This document shows positions 48,165-60,359 of a DNA stretch of 64,000 nucleotides, in pieces. Source of the DNA: Eledone cirrhosa (Eukaryota); the NCBI GenBank assembly GCA_964016885.1, contig OZ024743.1, forward strand, positions 100,068,001 through 100,132,000, read 5' to 3'. Both the position numbers and the translations under genes were made by a program. How positions within the stretch are numbered: position 1 is the first letter of the stretch; every line of letters starts with the position of its first letter. The notes below the pieces were generated by a model. That model had not been told where the DNA came from. It made no database searches and saw only the letters and a program-made list of their open reading frames with translations.

Positions 48165-51100
48165 TTACCTTTTCAAATGAAATTTGAAAAATTCAATCAG
48201 AGCATCACCGAAGAGGTAAGTGCTCGTCTTCAGCCCTTTCAAACGTGTCCACCATACTATCTCTTTCGCCATGGCCACCAGACAGATAAAAACTGCCTGC
48301 CCTTCCCGGCTAAAGGAGGAGGGTGGGGCAATCCTCACGATGGACTCAGATGATAGCCGGATCCGTCCTAAACACGACAGCAGGTGTTCGACATAAACCC
48401 ACAAGTCAGCAATTTTCGGACACTGGACGAGTGCGTGCAGGACGGCGCATCTCGGACATGTTCGGCTGACGGCACCTCCATGCCTGTAGAGTTTATCCCG
48501 AACTGGCAAGGCTCCTTGGTAGCACTGCCAGGCCAGAGATTTCTGGAAGTTGTCCATAGGCCCTGGCCCGAAAGTTCTTCCGAAGAGATTGGCTAGTTGA
48601 TTTTCGTCGACGCCTAGAGTTTCCCCAAGTACGTCGTCGCTCTTCCCCTCCACTAATCCTCTATAGAACGCCGAGGTGGAGTTTCCACCGATCACATTGC
48701 CCGATTGGTCGAGGGCTGTGAGCGCCTGAAGACATTCCCGTCTCCAGGCGCTCCCTCTCGGTCTTCGCTTGACCCAGGACTGCAGCTCCGTCAAGGAAAC
48801 GAGCTGGGGAAATACGTGTCTAGCAAACGGCGGCCACACCTGATCACCGTCGAGGAAGAGGTGGAGATGTCGTAGCCTGAGCGCGTGCCTGCACATCATC
48901 AGCCACGGCATGCCCAGCCATCCACGTAGCGGGTGTTGACAACAGATGGACCGCCTGACCATCGGAGCGCGTCCCTTCCACAAAAAGCGAAAGAGCAAAC
49001 GCTCCAGCGCAGTCAGGCGAGGCTTAGGACAAGGTACGACGGTCAGGCAGTAGCAGATGACAGACGCGATGTACGCGTTAGCCACCTCCGCTCGACCTTT
49101 CAGGGATAGCTTCCTCTCCGCCCATTTCTGGGTGAGAGAAGCCACCCTGCTCGTCACCTCGTCCCAGTTTTTGTCCGTCTGGAGGTCCGGACCGAACCAG
49201 ACCCCTAGCAATTTAACCGGTCCGTCCGTCCAGCGTCCGACGACGCTGTTGGACGGCATGGACCTGCCTCTCCAGGTGCCGAGCTGCAGGCCCACTGACT
49301 TTTCCTGGTTGATCATTGCTCCTGTCACCGCTTCGTATTCTCTTAGTGTAGTGCCGATCGCCTCGATGTGTTTGGCGTTCGACACCACTACGGTGACATC
49401 GTCCGCATATGCTGACACGGATCTTCCGCATCCTAGTTCGCGCGGGACGCCCCTCAACGTCTCCAGTTTGTGCAGTAATGGCTCGAGAGTCAATACGTAC
49501 AAGAGGGACGAGAGGGGACATCCTTGGCGGACCGAGCACATGATGTTGAACGGTTCCGACAGGTGACCGTTCACTCTCACCACAGAGCAGATGTCGCTGT
49601 GCATGGCAGCGATCCAGCCTCTGAAGACGGGCCCAAAGCCAGCCGCCCTCAGGACTGCCGCTAGGTAACGATGGTCGACCCTATCGAAAGCTTTCGACTG
49701 ATCTAAATTGATCAAGGACCCACTCGTGCCAGGTTCCTTAGCTACCCTCTCTACGATGTATCGCATGAGGTGGAGGTTGTCGTGGATGGATCTGTCGGGA
49801 ATGGCGCATGTCTGCGCCTCTCCCACCAGTCTACCAACGACAAGCGCCAACCTCTTTGCTAGCACCTTGGCCAAAATCTTGAACTCTGTGTTTAGCAGAG
49901 TTATGGGCCGGAAATTATCTATGTTATCCCCCTTGTTCGGATCCTTTCTCAGCAGTGCCACCGCTCCTCGGCTCACAGAACTGGGAATTCTCCCGTTCTG
50001 TTGCCAGTTGCAGTAGACGTCCGCCAAGAGGCCTCCAAACAAGTCTGGCATCTGTACGTAAAGTTCATAGGGCAGACCATCCAAACCAAGCGATTTACCC
50101 CTTGTGCAGCCAGTCATTGCCTCCCTTACTTCAGCGGCTGTTATCGGCTTTTCGTAACACTTCGCCTCAGTGGCCGAGAGCCGCGGCAGTCCGTCGAGGT
50201 AGACACTAAAGTCCATCCCTCGACCCGGCCCACCGCTTCCCCCGAACAGCTGAGCGAAGTGTCGCTGAAAAGCTTCACACATTTGCCCGGGATCGAGTAG
50301 CATGCGCCCGTCGTGGTCCACCAAAGACCGGATCGTGGCTTTGTTGCCACGACGCGCCTCCGCCACTCGGGCCCATTGAACGGCTTTCGTCCCCTTGTGT
50401 CTGAGAGCACGCACCCTTGCTCTGACAACGCAGCCTTCGTGCTTTGCATTGAAGAATTGGTCAAGGGCCAATTTCGCCGTAAGCACGTCGGTCGCAATGC
50501 CTTTGCTAAGCCCCTCGTCTAATTTTCTAACTAGTTCTCCCTCTGCTCTATTTTTCTCTATTGCTAAAGCCTTACTAAACCTAATGGATTCTATTCTAAT
50601 CGCTCTTTTCAGAGCAAACCACCACTTGTTGTTGACGATGGCCCCCGTCAACGCCCGCTTAACTAGTTCGCTAATCCGGTCTCTGTAGGCCTTGCGCGCT
50701 GGTAAGGACGCGTTTAGCTTCCAGTAGCCGGGTCCTCGTCTATGAAGCCTATCTAAGTCAAGCACACAGATCACGAATTTGTGGTCCGTGTAGCTGACTA
50801 TCTTGAATTGTGGACAGCCTATGCTAGACCTATCTATTTCCCTACAAAATACTCTATCTAGATATGATCTGGATGACCCTACGCGATTTGTCCAAGTCCA
50901 CATTGGCACATTCGGGAAATCCAATCGGTACCTGTCAGACAGTTCAAAACGCCTGAGCAGGTTGGTGAGGCTCTTGCACCCTCCACCCCTATCCGCTAAT
51001 CCCACACAGTCCCAGCGTGCATCTAAGATCCCGTTCCAGTCGCCCACTAACACTAAAGAGCGGGACGTTCCAAGAAAGGTCTCCAGACGCCGGAAGAAAT

Positions 51101-51461
51101 CAGGCCGCCCTGCTCCTGTCGGGGCATAGACGGCCACTAGCCTGAAAGCTTGCCCGTCTCCGCTGGTCACGTCCAGCACCACCAGCTTACCCTCTGGGTC
51201 CAGGAAGATGGCCCGTATGGCGAGATCCAAACCTCTCCGAAAAAGCACAGCAACTCCGCCCCCCGATCCAGGACGGCTGGGAGATGCGTACACATCGTAG
51301 TCGCCGAAGATCGGTGCGAAGGCCCGTGCTTCGGAGATTCTGGTCTCGCTGATGGCCACTACATCTATGTTTAGTGACCTGAGGTCGTTGAGCAGGTGAC
51401 CCTGCTTCCATGAGGACCCCAAGCCACACGCATTTATGCTGCCTATTCTGAGTGAGGTCAT
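48165..51461 (-). CDS. ORF2: APE endonuclease plus reverse transcriptase; late premature stop, 6-aa deletion in the Zn motif
   Basis: SINACGL, ISET, GDWN, YLDR and TDH (APE); LDQSKAFDRV, RQGCPLS and YADD (RT). Confidence 0.93.
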   Translation of the reverse strand: MTSLRIGSINACGLGSSWKQGHLLNDLRSLNIDVVAISETRISEARAFAPIFGDYDVYASPSRPGSGGGVAVLFRRGLDLAIRAIFLDPEGKLVVLDVTSGDGQAFRLVAVYAPTGAGRPDFFRRLETFLGTSRSLVLVGDWNGILDARWDCVGLADRGGGCKSLTNLLRRFELSDRYRLDFPNVPMWTWTNRVGSSRSYLDRVFCREIDRSSIGCPQFKIVSYTDHKFVICVLDLDRLHRRGPGYWKLNASLPARKAYRDRISELVKRALTGAIVNNKWWFALKRAIRIESIRFSKALAIEKNRAEGELVRKLDEGLSKGIATDVLTAKLALDQFFNAKHEGCVVRARVRALRHKGTKAVQWARVAEARRGNKATIRSLVDHDGRMLLDPGQMCEAFQRHFAQLFGGSGGPGRGMDFSVYLDGLPRLSATEAKCYEKPITAAEVREAMTGCTRGKSLGLDGLPYELYVQMPDLFGGLLADVYCNWQQNGRIPSSVSRGAVALLRKDPNKGDNIDNFRPITLLNTEFKILAKVLAKRLALVVGRLVGEAQTCAIPDRSIHDNLHLMRYIVERVAKEPGTSGSLINLDQSKAFDRVDHRYLAAVLRAAGFGPVFRGWIAAMHSDICSVVRVNGHLSEPFNIMCSVRQGCPLSSLLYVLTLEPLLHKLETLRGVPRELGCGRSVSAYADDVTVVVSNAKHIEAIGTTLREYEAVTGAMINQEKSVGLQLGTWRGRSMPSNSVVGRWTDGPVKLLGVWFGPDLQTDKNWDEVTSRVASLTQKWAERKLSLKGRAEVANAYIASVICYCLTVVPCPKPRLTALERLLFRFLWKGRAPMVRRSICCQHPLRGWLGMPWLMMCRHALRLRHLHLFLDGDQVWPPFARHVFPQLVSLTELQSWVKRRPRGSAWRRECLQALTALDQSGNVIGGNSTSAFYRGLVEGKSDDVLGETLGVDENQLANLFGRTFGPGPMDNFQKSLAWQCYQGALPVRDKLYRHGGAVSRTCPRCAVLHALVQCPKIADLWVYVEHLLSCLGRIRLSSESIVRIAPPSSFSREGQAVFICLVAMAKEIVWWTRLKGLKTSTYLFGDALIEFFKFHLKR

Positions 51462-51496
51462 GTTTAAAATAGAGTGGGAAAGATGGGAAAGACCAC

Positions 51497-52117
51497 TTAC
51501 CGTACTTTTCGTAGAGGAAGGATGGTTTCTCCATCCCTTTTCACTTGAACGTCTGGTGAAGGGACCGTTGAATCGTCCCTTCGGCTGGTCATCGGCTCTT
51601 CTATGAGTATGTCCGAATATACTCTCCGGTTGAGAGTCCCTCCTAGGTTTCTGAAATCACCAACAGCGTTGGGGAATTTCGTTTTAATGTTTGTGTATTG
51701 TTTCTGTGCTATTTTTAGCAGTCTTATGTTCGTTGGCGTTTTGATTGGTACTGGTATTATGTAGTCGTGCTGTGAAATGTCTGTATGTTCAATTATGTAA
51801 GTCATTAGTTTCTTGTTGTGTGTATTTATTGCCGTGCATTTGTTTTTCTGTGGCTGGAGTGTGGTTCAGCTATTTTCTTGTCGTTGTTGCTGGGTGTGTG
51901 TGTTTTTTTGTTGTGTTTGCGATGTTGGTGCTTGTGGTGGTGGTGTTGAAGGTGTTGTTGTTGTTGGCGGTGGGGTTGTCGCCGGTGGTGATGGTGGTGC
52001 TAGTGTGGGTGGTGATGGTATTGGTGGTGTTGCTGCTGTGAGTCTCTTTGCAGTACCCTTTACCCTTTTTTCATTTCTTTCCTCCCTTTTCGAAGGCGAC
52101 GATGCGCTGCTTCTGCG
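51497..52117 (-). pseudogene. ORF1 C-terminal part of copy c (frameshifted)
   Basis: Removing the LTR element and one TGCG restores ...VVRRHK-RRSSASSPSKR... in frame; ends just upstream of the ORF2 ATG. Confidence 0.8.
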
Positions 52118-52561
52118 TGTAGTAAGACGCCTTACGCCCCCTGGCGGATAACGGATCAGGCCTAGTTGTCTCCCCCTGGTGGAGAACACCGAGGTAACCA
52201 GCAGACGATATACACGCCACAGAAAACAGCCCCTGTACTACGAAACGATAAACAGCCAAGGGAACAGCAAACAGTAAACCCCACAATACCTTTGTAATTG
52301 TAATACGCTCCCTTCACCACAACTGACCACGTCTATATTTGGTATGTTTGATTTGTAATATAATAAACACATATAAACAAAATAAACATCACCATTATTT
52401 ACATTTGTTGAATATAACTCTCGTTGTGGTTATTGTCTTGTTTACGCACACACCCACTCACTTTGTTATAATTCTCACTTACAAAAATGGTAAATAGACG
52501 AGGGACCTTCTCTCACGTCTATGTCGATAAACAATCCAACTAGGATATATTATTTACCACA
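52118..52561 (+). repeat. 5' LTR (444 bp)
   Basis: TGTAGTAAG...TTACCACA; matches 57371-57833. Confidence 0.97.
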
Positions 52562-52562
52562 C

Positions 52563-52575
52563 TGGTGACCGACGT
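52563..52575 (+). promoter_or_regulatory. Primer-binding site, tRNA-Trp-like
   Basis: TGGTGACCGACGT versus the tRNA-Trp complement TGGTGACCCCGACGT (2-nt gap). Confidence 0.7.
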
Positions 52576-53227
52576 AAGAATTTTACGCAGCCTTTTTATT
52601 CAGTTGAACTTCACTGTTATTACCACGTTGCCAACCTTTTCGCAACTTACAAAAATACAAGAAAAAAGGAAAGGACAGAGAAATAATAAAGTGTTTATAC
52701 AGTATTGACAATGTATACAAACCAGCCAAAAAAATTTTCCAAGATGGCGTTGCTTTCCTTCCCTGTTTTGTAATTTTCCGCCAGGACAGGGACATTTTGA
52801 ATTGCGTGTGTGTGTTCCATATTTGATCAAGGGAAAAAAAAATGTTTGTGAACATTACTGCCCCGCAGGGGATATACATGCCTTACTTTTTTCCTAAGGG
52901 ATTTTTAGCCACAGGCTACCTATTGTTGATATCCAACGTGGATATATTCTAAAACAAACATTTTTTTTTTTCTCTTTTTCTCGGGTTATACGATTTGGCT
53001 TGCCCGTTGAAGCAACACAAGGGGACAGACGTTGAAGGAAACATTTTTTTTTTTTAAAAATATATATATGTATTTTATGTATTTTTCCTATTTCCTAATG
53101 TTTTGAATGTCTGTTTCTTTTTGACCTTTGATTTTTTTTCCATTGTGGGTGTTTGCTTTTCCCTGTACGAGGGAACATTAATTGCTGTTTATATATATAT
53201 TTTTTTTTTTATTTTAAACGTTTCACA

Positions 53228-54014
53228 ATGAATACGCCACATTTTCCCGCCTTTACCGGAAACCCTAAGCTGTGGTTCGCCCAGCTACAGGCGTATTTTA
53301 CGGTCTGTAAGACCGAGTCTGACCAGCGCCTCGCTGTCTTGATTAGCGGACTTCCCCCTAATTTAGCAGATTCGGTTCAAGACCTAATTACAGACCACCA
53401 CCACCACCCCCCTCTGACTTAACGTATGAGTCTTTAAAAGCGAGATCTTGAGAAGGAACTGTAAGTCGGTAGAGAGTCGTTTTTGGTCATTGATCGAGGA
53501 CGAACGACTAGGTGACAGGACCCCTACCGCTTTTCTCCGGCATTTGCGGGAATTGAGTGATTCCCAAGATCAGGATAGCCCTTTCCTGAAGCAATTGTTC
53601 TTCTCTCGCCTACCTCAAGAGGTACAGGCGACCCTAGCCCATATGCTAGAAGTAAATACCCTCGACCACATTGCTGTCTCTGCTGACAAAATAGTAGAAG
53701 TGACGAAAAGAGACACTTCGAAGCAAAAGTACGTTGCTTCCTCTTCTCTTCCTTAATCACGCTCATCAGCGAGTGATGAGAAGTTAGTCAAAACAATGGA
53801 AGCCATGACTCGTCAAATGGCGGAGTTGTGCCAGGAATTCAGGTCTTTTGGACGGCAGAGGAGCCGCTCACGATCTTATTCAACTCCTCGCCACCGTAGC
53901 CTTTCCAAATCATCAAATCAAACATATTGTTATTACCATGACAAATATGGTGACAAAGCCGCCCGTTGTAGGCCTCCTTGTGCTTACATGGGAAACGACG
54001 ACCAGAGTCACTAA
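53228..54014 (+). pseudogene. gag: gag (a frameshifted region and one in-frame stop)
   Basis: FP.F..NPKLWFAQ, LGDRTP..FL, LFFSRLP and CYYH.KYG..A..C..PC motifs across ORFs 53153, 53448 and 53796. Confidence 0.88.
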
Positions 54015-57000
54015 CGGCGGATAGTGCGCTCTGCGAAACATCATCCAACCGCCACTTTTTCATTGAGGACCTGCTATCAGGTAGAGCCTTTCTGGTTGAC
54101 ACAGGTGCAGTTTGTTCAATATGGCCTGTGTGTTGTATGAAGGAGACTCCCCCTGAGACACCTATTGAGTTGCAGGCAGTAAATTGTTCGCCGATTCGAA
54201 CCTTCACACAAATCTCGCTACCTTTGCAGTTCCGTAATCTGCGGCGTGAGTTTAAATGGATATTTACTGTCGCTGCCTTGCCGTATCCGATTCTAGGCGC
54301 GGATTTTCTCCACCATTTTTCATTGACGGTGGACCTCCGTCGTAAACGCCTAATCGATGGCATCACTGGTTTAACTGTTGTTGGCAAGGCAGCAGGAGTT
54401 CCAACGGTTAGCCCGACCTTTTTTCTTGCTAACACCGGCGATACTTACCATGCGTTGTTGAACTCGTTCCCGCACCTGACTCAGGGAAATTTTCGAGTTG
54501 ATGAGCCAACTCATACCACGGAGCACTTCATAACTACAACTAGTGCTCCCGTTTTTTCTCGTCCTCGTCGCTTGCCTCCGGACAAACTCAAAGCAGCACG
54601 ATCAGAGTTTGATCATATGCTGCAGTTGAGGATTATTCGTCCGTCCACGAGCCCGTGGGCGTCCCCATTACACATGGTACCGAAAGCGACTGGCGATTGG
54701 AGACCTACTGGAGATTATCGACTCTTAAATTCGATAACGGAACCGGACCGTTATCCTATCCCTCATCTGCAAGACTTTGCGTCTTCGTTGCAGGGATGCA
54801 AGATATTCTCCAAACTGGATTTAATTCGTGCGTACCATCAAATTCCTGTTCATAAAAATGACATTCCAAAAACGGCTATAGTTACGCCATTTGGGTCATT
54901 TGAGTTTTTGACCATGCCGTTCGGATTAAGGAATGCCGCTAGTACGTTTCAGCGGTTTATGGATGAGTTTAGTCGTGGCCTCGATTTCGTCTATACCTAT
55001 ATTGACGACCTGCTCATTGCTAGTTCTTCTCAAGAGCAACATACGCACCATTTGAATCTTCTTTTCCGCCGATTGAAGGCGTATAACGTGCAGATTAATG
55101 CACCCAAATGTGTTTTTGGTGCTGAGTCACTGACTTTCTTGGGTCACGTCATCGATGCTGACGGTATTCGACCCCGGCCTGAGCGAGTTAAGGTCATAGA
55201 GGATTTGCCTCCACCGACCTCACTACGTCAGTTACGCCAGTTCTTAGGCCTGATTAACTTTTATAGGCGTTTCGTGCCAAATTGTGCAAGATTGCTTTTC
55301 TCCCTGACGGAGATCTTAAAAAATTGTCGGAAGAACAAAGACATTTCTTTGACAGACACTCAACTTGCTGATTTTCAGCACGCCAAAACTGCTTTGGCTA
55401 ATGCTTCGTTACTGGCTCACCCGGTACCCGGTGCAAAGCCAACGCTTTGTGTTGATGCATCGGATATCGCTGTGCCCGCAGTGCTACAGCAAAACACCAA
55501 TGGTTACCAGCAACCGCTGGAGTTCTTTTCCAGAAAGATGAAACCTGCTGAGATGCGCTACAGCACCTTTGGAAGGGAGCTTTTGGCCATCTATTTAGCC
55601 TTGAAACATATGCTAGAGGGTAGACTATTTACTATCCTCACTGACCATAAACCATTGACTTTTGCGTTGAGAGTGAAGGCTGATAAATACTCGCCCAGAG
55701 GGACGAGACACCTTGATTTCATCTCGCAATATACGAATGATATCCAACACATTCCGGGTTCACTAAATACAGCGGCCGATGCTTTGTCCCGCTTACCCGT
55801 GACAGCGATCTCGTCACCTTCTGACATAGATCTGACTCGTTTGGCTGCGGATCAGCCTCCCCTTGAGTCATTGGATGTTACATCGCCCGAGTTTGCGAAT
55901 TGCGAGATGAAATACTTGCCTCTGTCGACTGCAGTTGGCCAAATTCTCTGCGACGTCTCTTTGGACGTGCCTAGGCCCTTCGTTCCAGAGAATCATCGTC
56001 GGACCGTGTTTCTGGCATTACATAGTTTCTCGCATCCAGGATCTTCTGCCACAGCAAAGCTCATATCAGCTAGATTTTTCTGGCCAAATATGAGGCGTGA
56101 AATTGCTGCCTGGTGCCGTTCCTGCGTCGCTTGCCAGAAATCAAAGTTCCATCGACACGTCAAGGCCCCCCTGGGTACCTTTACTAACCCAGATGCGCGT
56201 TTTTCGCACATTCATATTGATATGGTGGGACCTTGGTCTGTCAGCGATGGTTATTCTTATCTGCTGACCATAATTGACCGTTTTTCGAGATGGCCTGAAG
56301 CCATCCCCTTGAAAAACATCACCGCTGAGACAACAGCGCGTGCTCTTGTGTCTGGATGGATCTCTCGTTATGGAGTTCCATCCACAGTAACTACCGACCG
56401 TGGACGACAGTTCGAGTCGAGCCTTTTCCTCGAACTGTCATAATTAATTGGTGCTAAACGCATCAGAACTACGGCGTACCATCCCGCTTCGAATGGTATG
56501 GTGGAGCGTTTTCACCGACAACTGAAGGCCTCCTTAATGGCCTCAATGGACTCGGCGCATTGGAGCGAGTACCTCCCTATTGTGCTATTAGGGATTCGGT
56601 CAACGGTGAAGGTCGACTTTGGATTTTCACCGGCCGAAGTACTGTACGGTGCCCCTCTGACGTTGCCCGGGCAAATGCTTGCCCCTATCGATCTCGATGC
56701 CCAAGATCACGCTTCCTACGTGTCCCGTTTGCGCTCCTATTTCCAGGATTTGCCGCCAATGGACACTAGGAAACAAACTGTCAAGACTGCTGTCCCGAGG
56801 GATGTTGCCTCGTGGACGCATGTCTTTGTAAGGAAAGATTCTGTGAAGCCCCCGCTCACACAGCCTTACACTGGACCTTACCGTGTCTTAGCGCGCTCGG
56901 CTAAGCATTTCACTTTAGATATTAAAGGGTCCAGGGAGACAGTTACAATAGACAGGCTTAAGCAGGCACACCTTGACACGGACGCTGTGGTTCCTGATCC

Positions 57001-57160
57001 ACGAACGCCTTCGTATTTGCCTGTTGAGCGAACGCCTGTTCCTGAACCACCATCATCGCCTGTCCCTACACCACCACCATCGCCACGTTACAAGACCACG
57101 ACCCGTTCAGGTCGTAGGGTCCACTGGCCCAAAAAATTTTGCAGCACCGTCTATATTTAG
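53978..57160 (+). pseudogene. pol: pol (protease, RT, RNase H, integrase) with one nonsense codon at 56441
   Basis: FLVDTGA; MPFGL, YIDD; DAS, RELLAI, TDHKPL, ADALSR; H..HPG..C..C, HIDMVGP, TTDRG.QF, NGMVERFH; GPY. Confidence 0.95.
53990..54053 (+). promoter_or_regulatory. -1 ribosomal frameshift signal: G GGA AAC plus predicted pseudoknot
   Basis: Heptamer is in the gag frame and pol is in the -1 frame; stem 54003-54033; loop GGCGG is complementary to CCGCC at 54049-54053. Confidence 0.8.
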
Positions 57161-57358
57161 ACTATGTTAGCTGCACCCTTTTTATGCCTCTGGTTTTTCT
57201 TTGCCTTGTTTTTCATGCATGTTGTGTTTTTTAACATTTTTCAAATCCTTATTCTGGATTTAATGATTGGTAGAGCGAATAGCTCCCCCTTGTTGCATGG
57301 TTCGCCATCTTACTCCACGTGTGAGTAATAACATCGATTTTCGATGATTTGAAAATCT

Positions 57359-57370
57359 GGCAGGGGATAC
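57359..57370 (+). promoter_or_regulatory. Polypurine tract
   Basis: GGCAGGGGATAC immediately before the 3' LTR. Confidence 0.65.
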
Positions 57371-57833
57371 TGTAGTAAGACGCCTTACGCCCCCTGGCGG
57401 ATAATGGATCAGGCCTAGTTGTCTCCCCCTGGTGGAGAACACCGAGGTAACCAGCAGACAGCCACGGGAAAGCAGACGATATACACGCCACAGAAAACAG
57501 CCCCTGTACCACGAAACGATAAACAGCCAAGGGAACAGCAAACAGCAAACCCCACAATACCTTTGTAATTGTAATACGCTCCCTTCACCACAACTGACCG
57601 CGTCTATATTTGGTATGTTTCATTTGTAATATAATAAACACATATAAACAAAATAAACATCACCATTATTTACATTTGTTGAATATAACTCTCATTGTGG
57701 TTATTGTCTTGTTTACGCACACACCCACTCACTTTGTTATAATTCTCACTTACAAAAATGGTAAATAGACGAGGGACCTTCCCTCACGTCTATGTCGATA
57801 AACAATCCAACTAGGATACATCATTTTACCACA
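57371..57833 (+). repeat. 3' LTR (463 bp)
   Basis: Matches the 5' LTR plus an 18-bp segment. Confidence 0.97.
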
Positions 57834-57837
57834 TGCG

Positions 57838-59366
57838 TTTGTGCCTTCTTACGACCTTTTGCCATCCCTCTCCCACCTCACACTCCATGTCTGATTCTGT
57901 GAGGTCGGGGAGGGGTACCAGCTCCACTCTTTCACTTGTTGTTGTTGATGATGTTTGCAGTGGAGTCTCTGTTGCGGCTGCATTTGGTATTGCTGTTGTT
58001 GTTGTTAATACTTCCACTGCTGCTGCTGTTCTTGATTTCCGTGGCGTGGGTATGGGTGCCACGGACCTATCGTTCCTGGTTGCCGCTTGTCCTGTTGCTG
58101 ATAGCCGTGGAGCCGGTTTCGGAAGGAGGGGTGTTTTCTCCTTTCTCAGGGTCTTCTCGTTGCAGAAGGCCCTGAGATGAGTCTTCGATCCACAGCGAAA
58201 GCATTTCGGGCGTTTGCCCTCAACACTTATGGGCAGTTGAGTGCCGTTATCGAAGTCTACAACATCCGGGATAGCTTCGATGCACTCCTGGTTGGTTTGG
58301 ATTAACATCTCAATGGAGGTGCCGACCCAATCTTCTCTTACTTTTTTCTGCACTTGCAGTACAGTTGTTTTGTCCTCGATTCTGACGAGGACAGACGCGG
58401 CCAGCCAAGAAGGGGCCATCCCGGGAGGACGTGGGTCAGTTTGACCCTCACAATTTTTTGCCCGCAGTAGGAGGGCACCAACACCATTTCCTCGCTCCTT
58501 AGGGTCACTAAGGATTGAGCCTTTGCCTCCTGGGGTGTGGCAAAAAGCACCTCTACGGTGGCATATTTCTTGCCTCGGGTGATGTGCGTTTTCCGCTGCC
58601 ACACAGACCCTAAGGCTTTTTGTATTTGAGCCTCTGTGGCTCTTTCAACCCTACGGGATTTTGTGCTTACTGTACGGTACGTGACCGTACAGTGCTGTTG
58701 GGTTTCGAAAAATGTTTCGGCTGCCTTGCAGATTGCTCGGTGTCCGGTTTTTGTCACCATCTTCTTCGCTTCCTCTAATTCCTCATTTGTTATGAGGATG
58801 GTTTCCAGGTTCTTTGCGATACCTGCGAACGAAATTGGTTTTTCTTTGCTGCTGTTGTTGTTGTTGTTGTCGTCAGAGCTGCTATTACTTTTGTTGTTGC
58901 TGCAGGTACTACGACTACTGCCGCCGCCGCTGTTGCTGTGGTTGTTGTTGTTGTTGCTGCTGCTGCTGCTGCTGCTGTTGTTGTTGCTGTTGCTGCTAAT
59001 GTTGTTGTTGTTTATGCTGCTGCTAATGCTGTTGCGGCTGCTACTGTTGTTTTCCTTGTCACTGTTGCTGCTGCTACTGTTATTACGGCTGCTACTGCTA
59101 TTATTCATGACGTCAGACGAATGAAATGGGTTTTCGTATTTCCCGCACACCTTTTTCGTCGTTGTCGTCGTCGTCGTGGAGAAATGTTGCACGCTTTGTA
59201 CGTGATTTTTCTTTGCTGGCGTCGCTTGCGAAAGAGAAGGGAGGGAGAGAGACACATTTAGAGAAGGGAGGGAGAGAGACAATCTTCTCTCTGCTGTAGT
59301 GACGATTGAAGAAGAAGAAGACGGAATGAGTGGGAGTGACCTATGAAAATTCTTTTTCGTAGCCAT
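57838..59366 (-). pseudogene. ORF1 N-terminal and middle part of copy c (Asn/Ser tract, CCHC knuckle; one frameshift near 58428)
   Basis: MATKKNF.., CFRCGSKTHLRAFC (Cx2Cx4Hx4C); frames join at THV/PPGMAP. Confidence 0.85.
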
Positions 59367-59579
59367 GTTTTTGTTGTTTAAAATAAATATTGGGCACAAA
59401 ACCCCAATAAGCTGTAATTTAACCCCGAAGGGCCAAATAACGGGCAGAAAGACCCCTCTCGCGAGGAGGAGGGTGTTTTTGTCTACAATTTGGTTAAAGT
59501 TTTAAACAATTTACAATTGTTATAGCGGTCAAAATTTACAATACCTTACAGAGCCGAGCCTCCGTCAACCATAGCATTC

Positions 59580-59607
<28 letters not shown>
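59580..59607. repeat. (AAT)n at the Tx1 5' junction
   Basis: Seen directly. Confidence 0.97.
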
Positions 59608-59608
<1 letters not shown>

Positions 59609-59611
<3 letters not shown>

Positions 59612-60359
59612 TCCCTTCATAATACCTTCTTTGAGAAAACGGATTCAGATATCCACAGACATGGAGCAGGCCCTCAAAACGAAGTGGCTGAAACACCATA
59701 TTTACAAGGAGGAGGCTAGCCCACTGTGTAGGATCTGTGGAGAGAGAGAGGAGACTGTGGCTCGCATTGTATCTGGGTGTAAAAACCTAGCCCAGACTCA
59801 CTATAAAGGCTGGAGACATGATGTGATGGGCAGGGTGATCCACTGGCACCTATGCAAAGTAAACAATTTACCACATTCTGAGAAGTGGTATGAGTATAAG
59901 CCAGAGTCGGTGATAGAAAACGATCAGGTGAAGATGCTGTGGGATTTTAGGATACAGACGGACAAGAAACTGGAACACAATAGGCCTGACCTGGTGGTTT
60001 TGGACAAGGAAAAAAGATTGTGCCTGATTGTAGATGTAGCCTGCCCATTTGACACGAGAGTGCAAGAAAAGGAGAGAGAGAAAATTAACCGATACCAGGA
60101 CTTAAAGTGGGAGGTAAAAAGGATTTGGAACTGCCATGAAGTCAGAGTCGTCCCGATTGTCATAGGCGCACTAGGTACTATCTCAAAGAGTTTCCAAGGA
60201 TGGTTAAAGAAAATTAGTCCAGCCCCGCTTTTTGGAACACTTCAAAAGGCATGCTTGCTGGGAACAGCAAGAACCCTCCGATACGTCCTGAAGGTAGCGG
60301 CTTGATATTCATTTCTACAAACTTTCCAGTTAAATAACATCAATGACTGAGACTCAAAG
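59609..60359 (+). mobile_element. R4/Dong-like RLE non-LTR retrotransposon, 3' fragment
   Basis: QAL.T, CRIC..EETV..I.SGC, RHD, LWDF.IQTD..HNRPD..IVDVACP..EK..Y.DL, VPIVIGALG; (AAT)n on both sides. Confidence 0.88.

Larger units (their letters stand above)
52118..57833 (+). mobile_element. Complete Ty3/Gypsy LTR retrotransposon
   Basis: TG..CA LTRs, 4-bp TSD TGCG (52114-52117, 57834-57837), PBS, PPT, gag and pol in PR-RT-RH-IN order. Confidence 0.98.
47806..59579 (-). mobile_element. Full-length Tx1/L1-group LINE (copy c, about 6.06 kb without the Gypsy insert)
   Basis: 5' UTR, ORF1 with CCHC knuckle, ORF2 APE-RT-Zn, 3' end AATAAAGAAATC; (AAT)n at both ends. Confidence 0.95.

Noticed and set aside
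58636-59261. Plus-strand poly-Leu/Cys/Ala ORFs, poly-IY ORFs in (TA)n, and antisense ORFs over LINE and Gypsy coding regions
   Set aside because: Artefacts of microsatellites or of GC-rich coding sequence read in other frames
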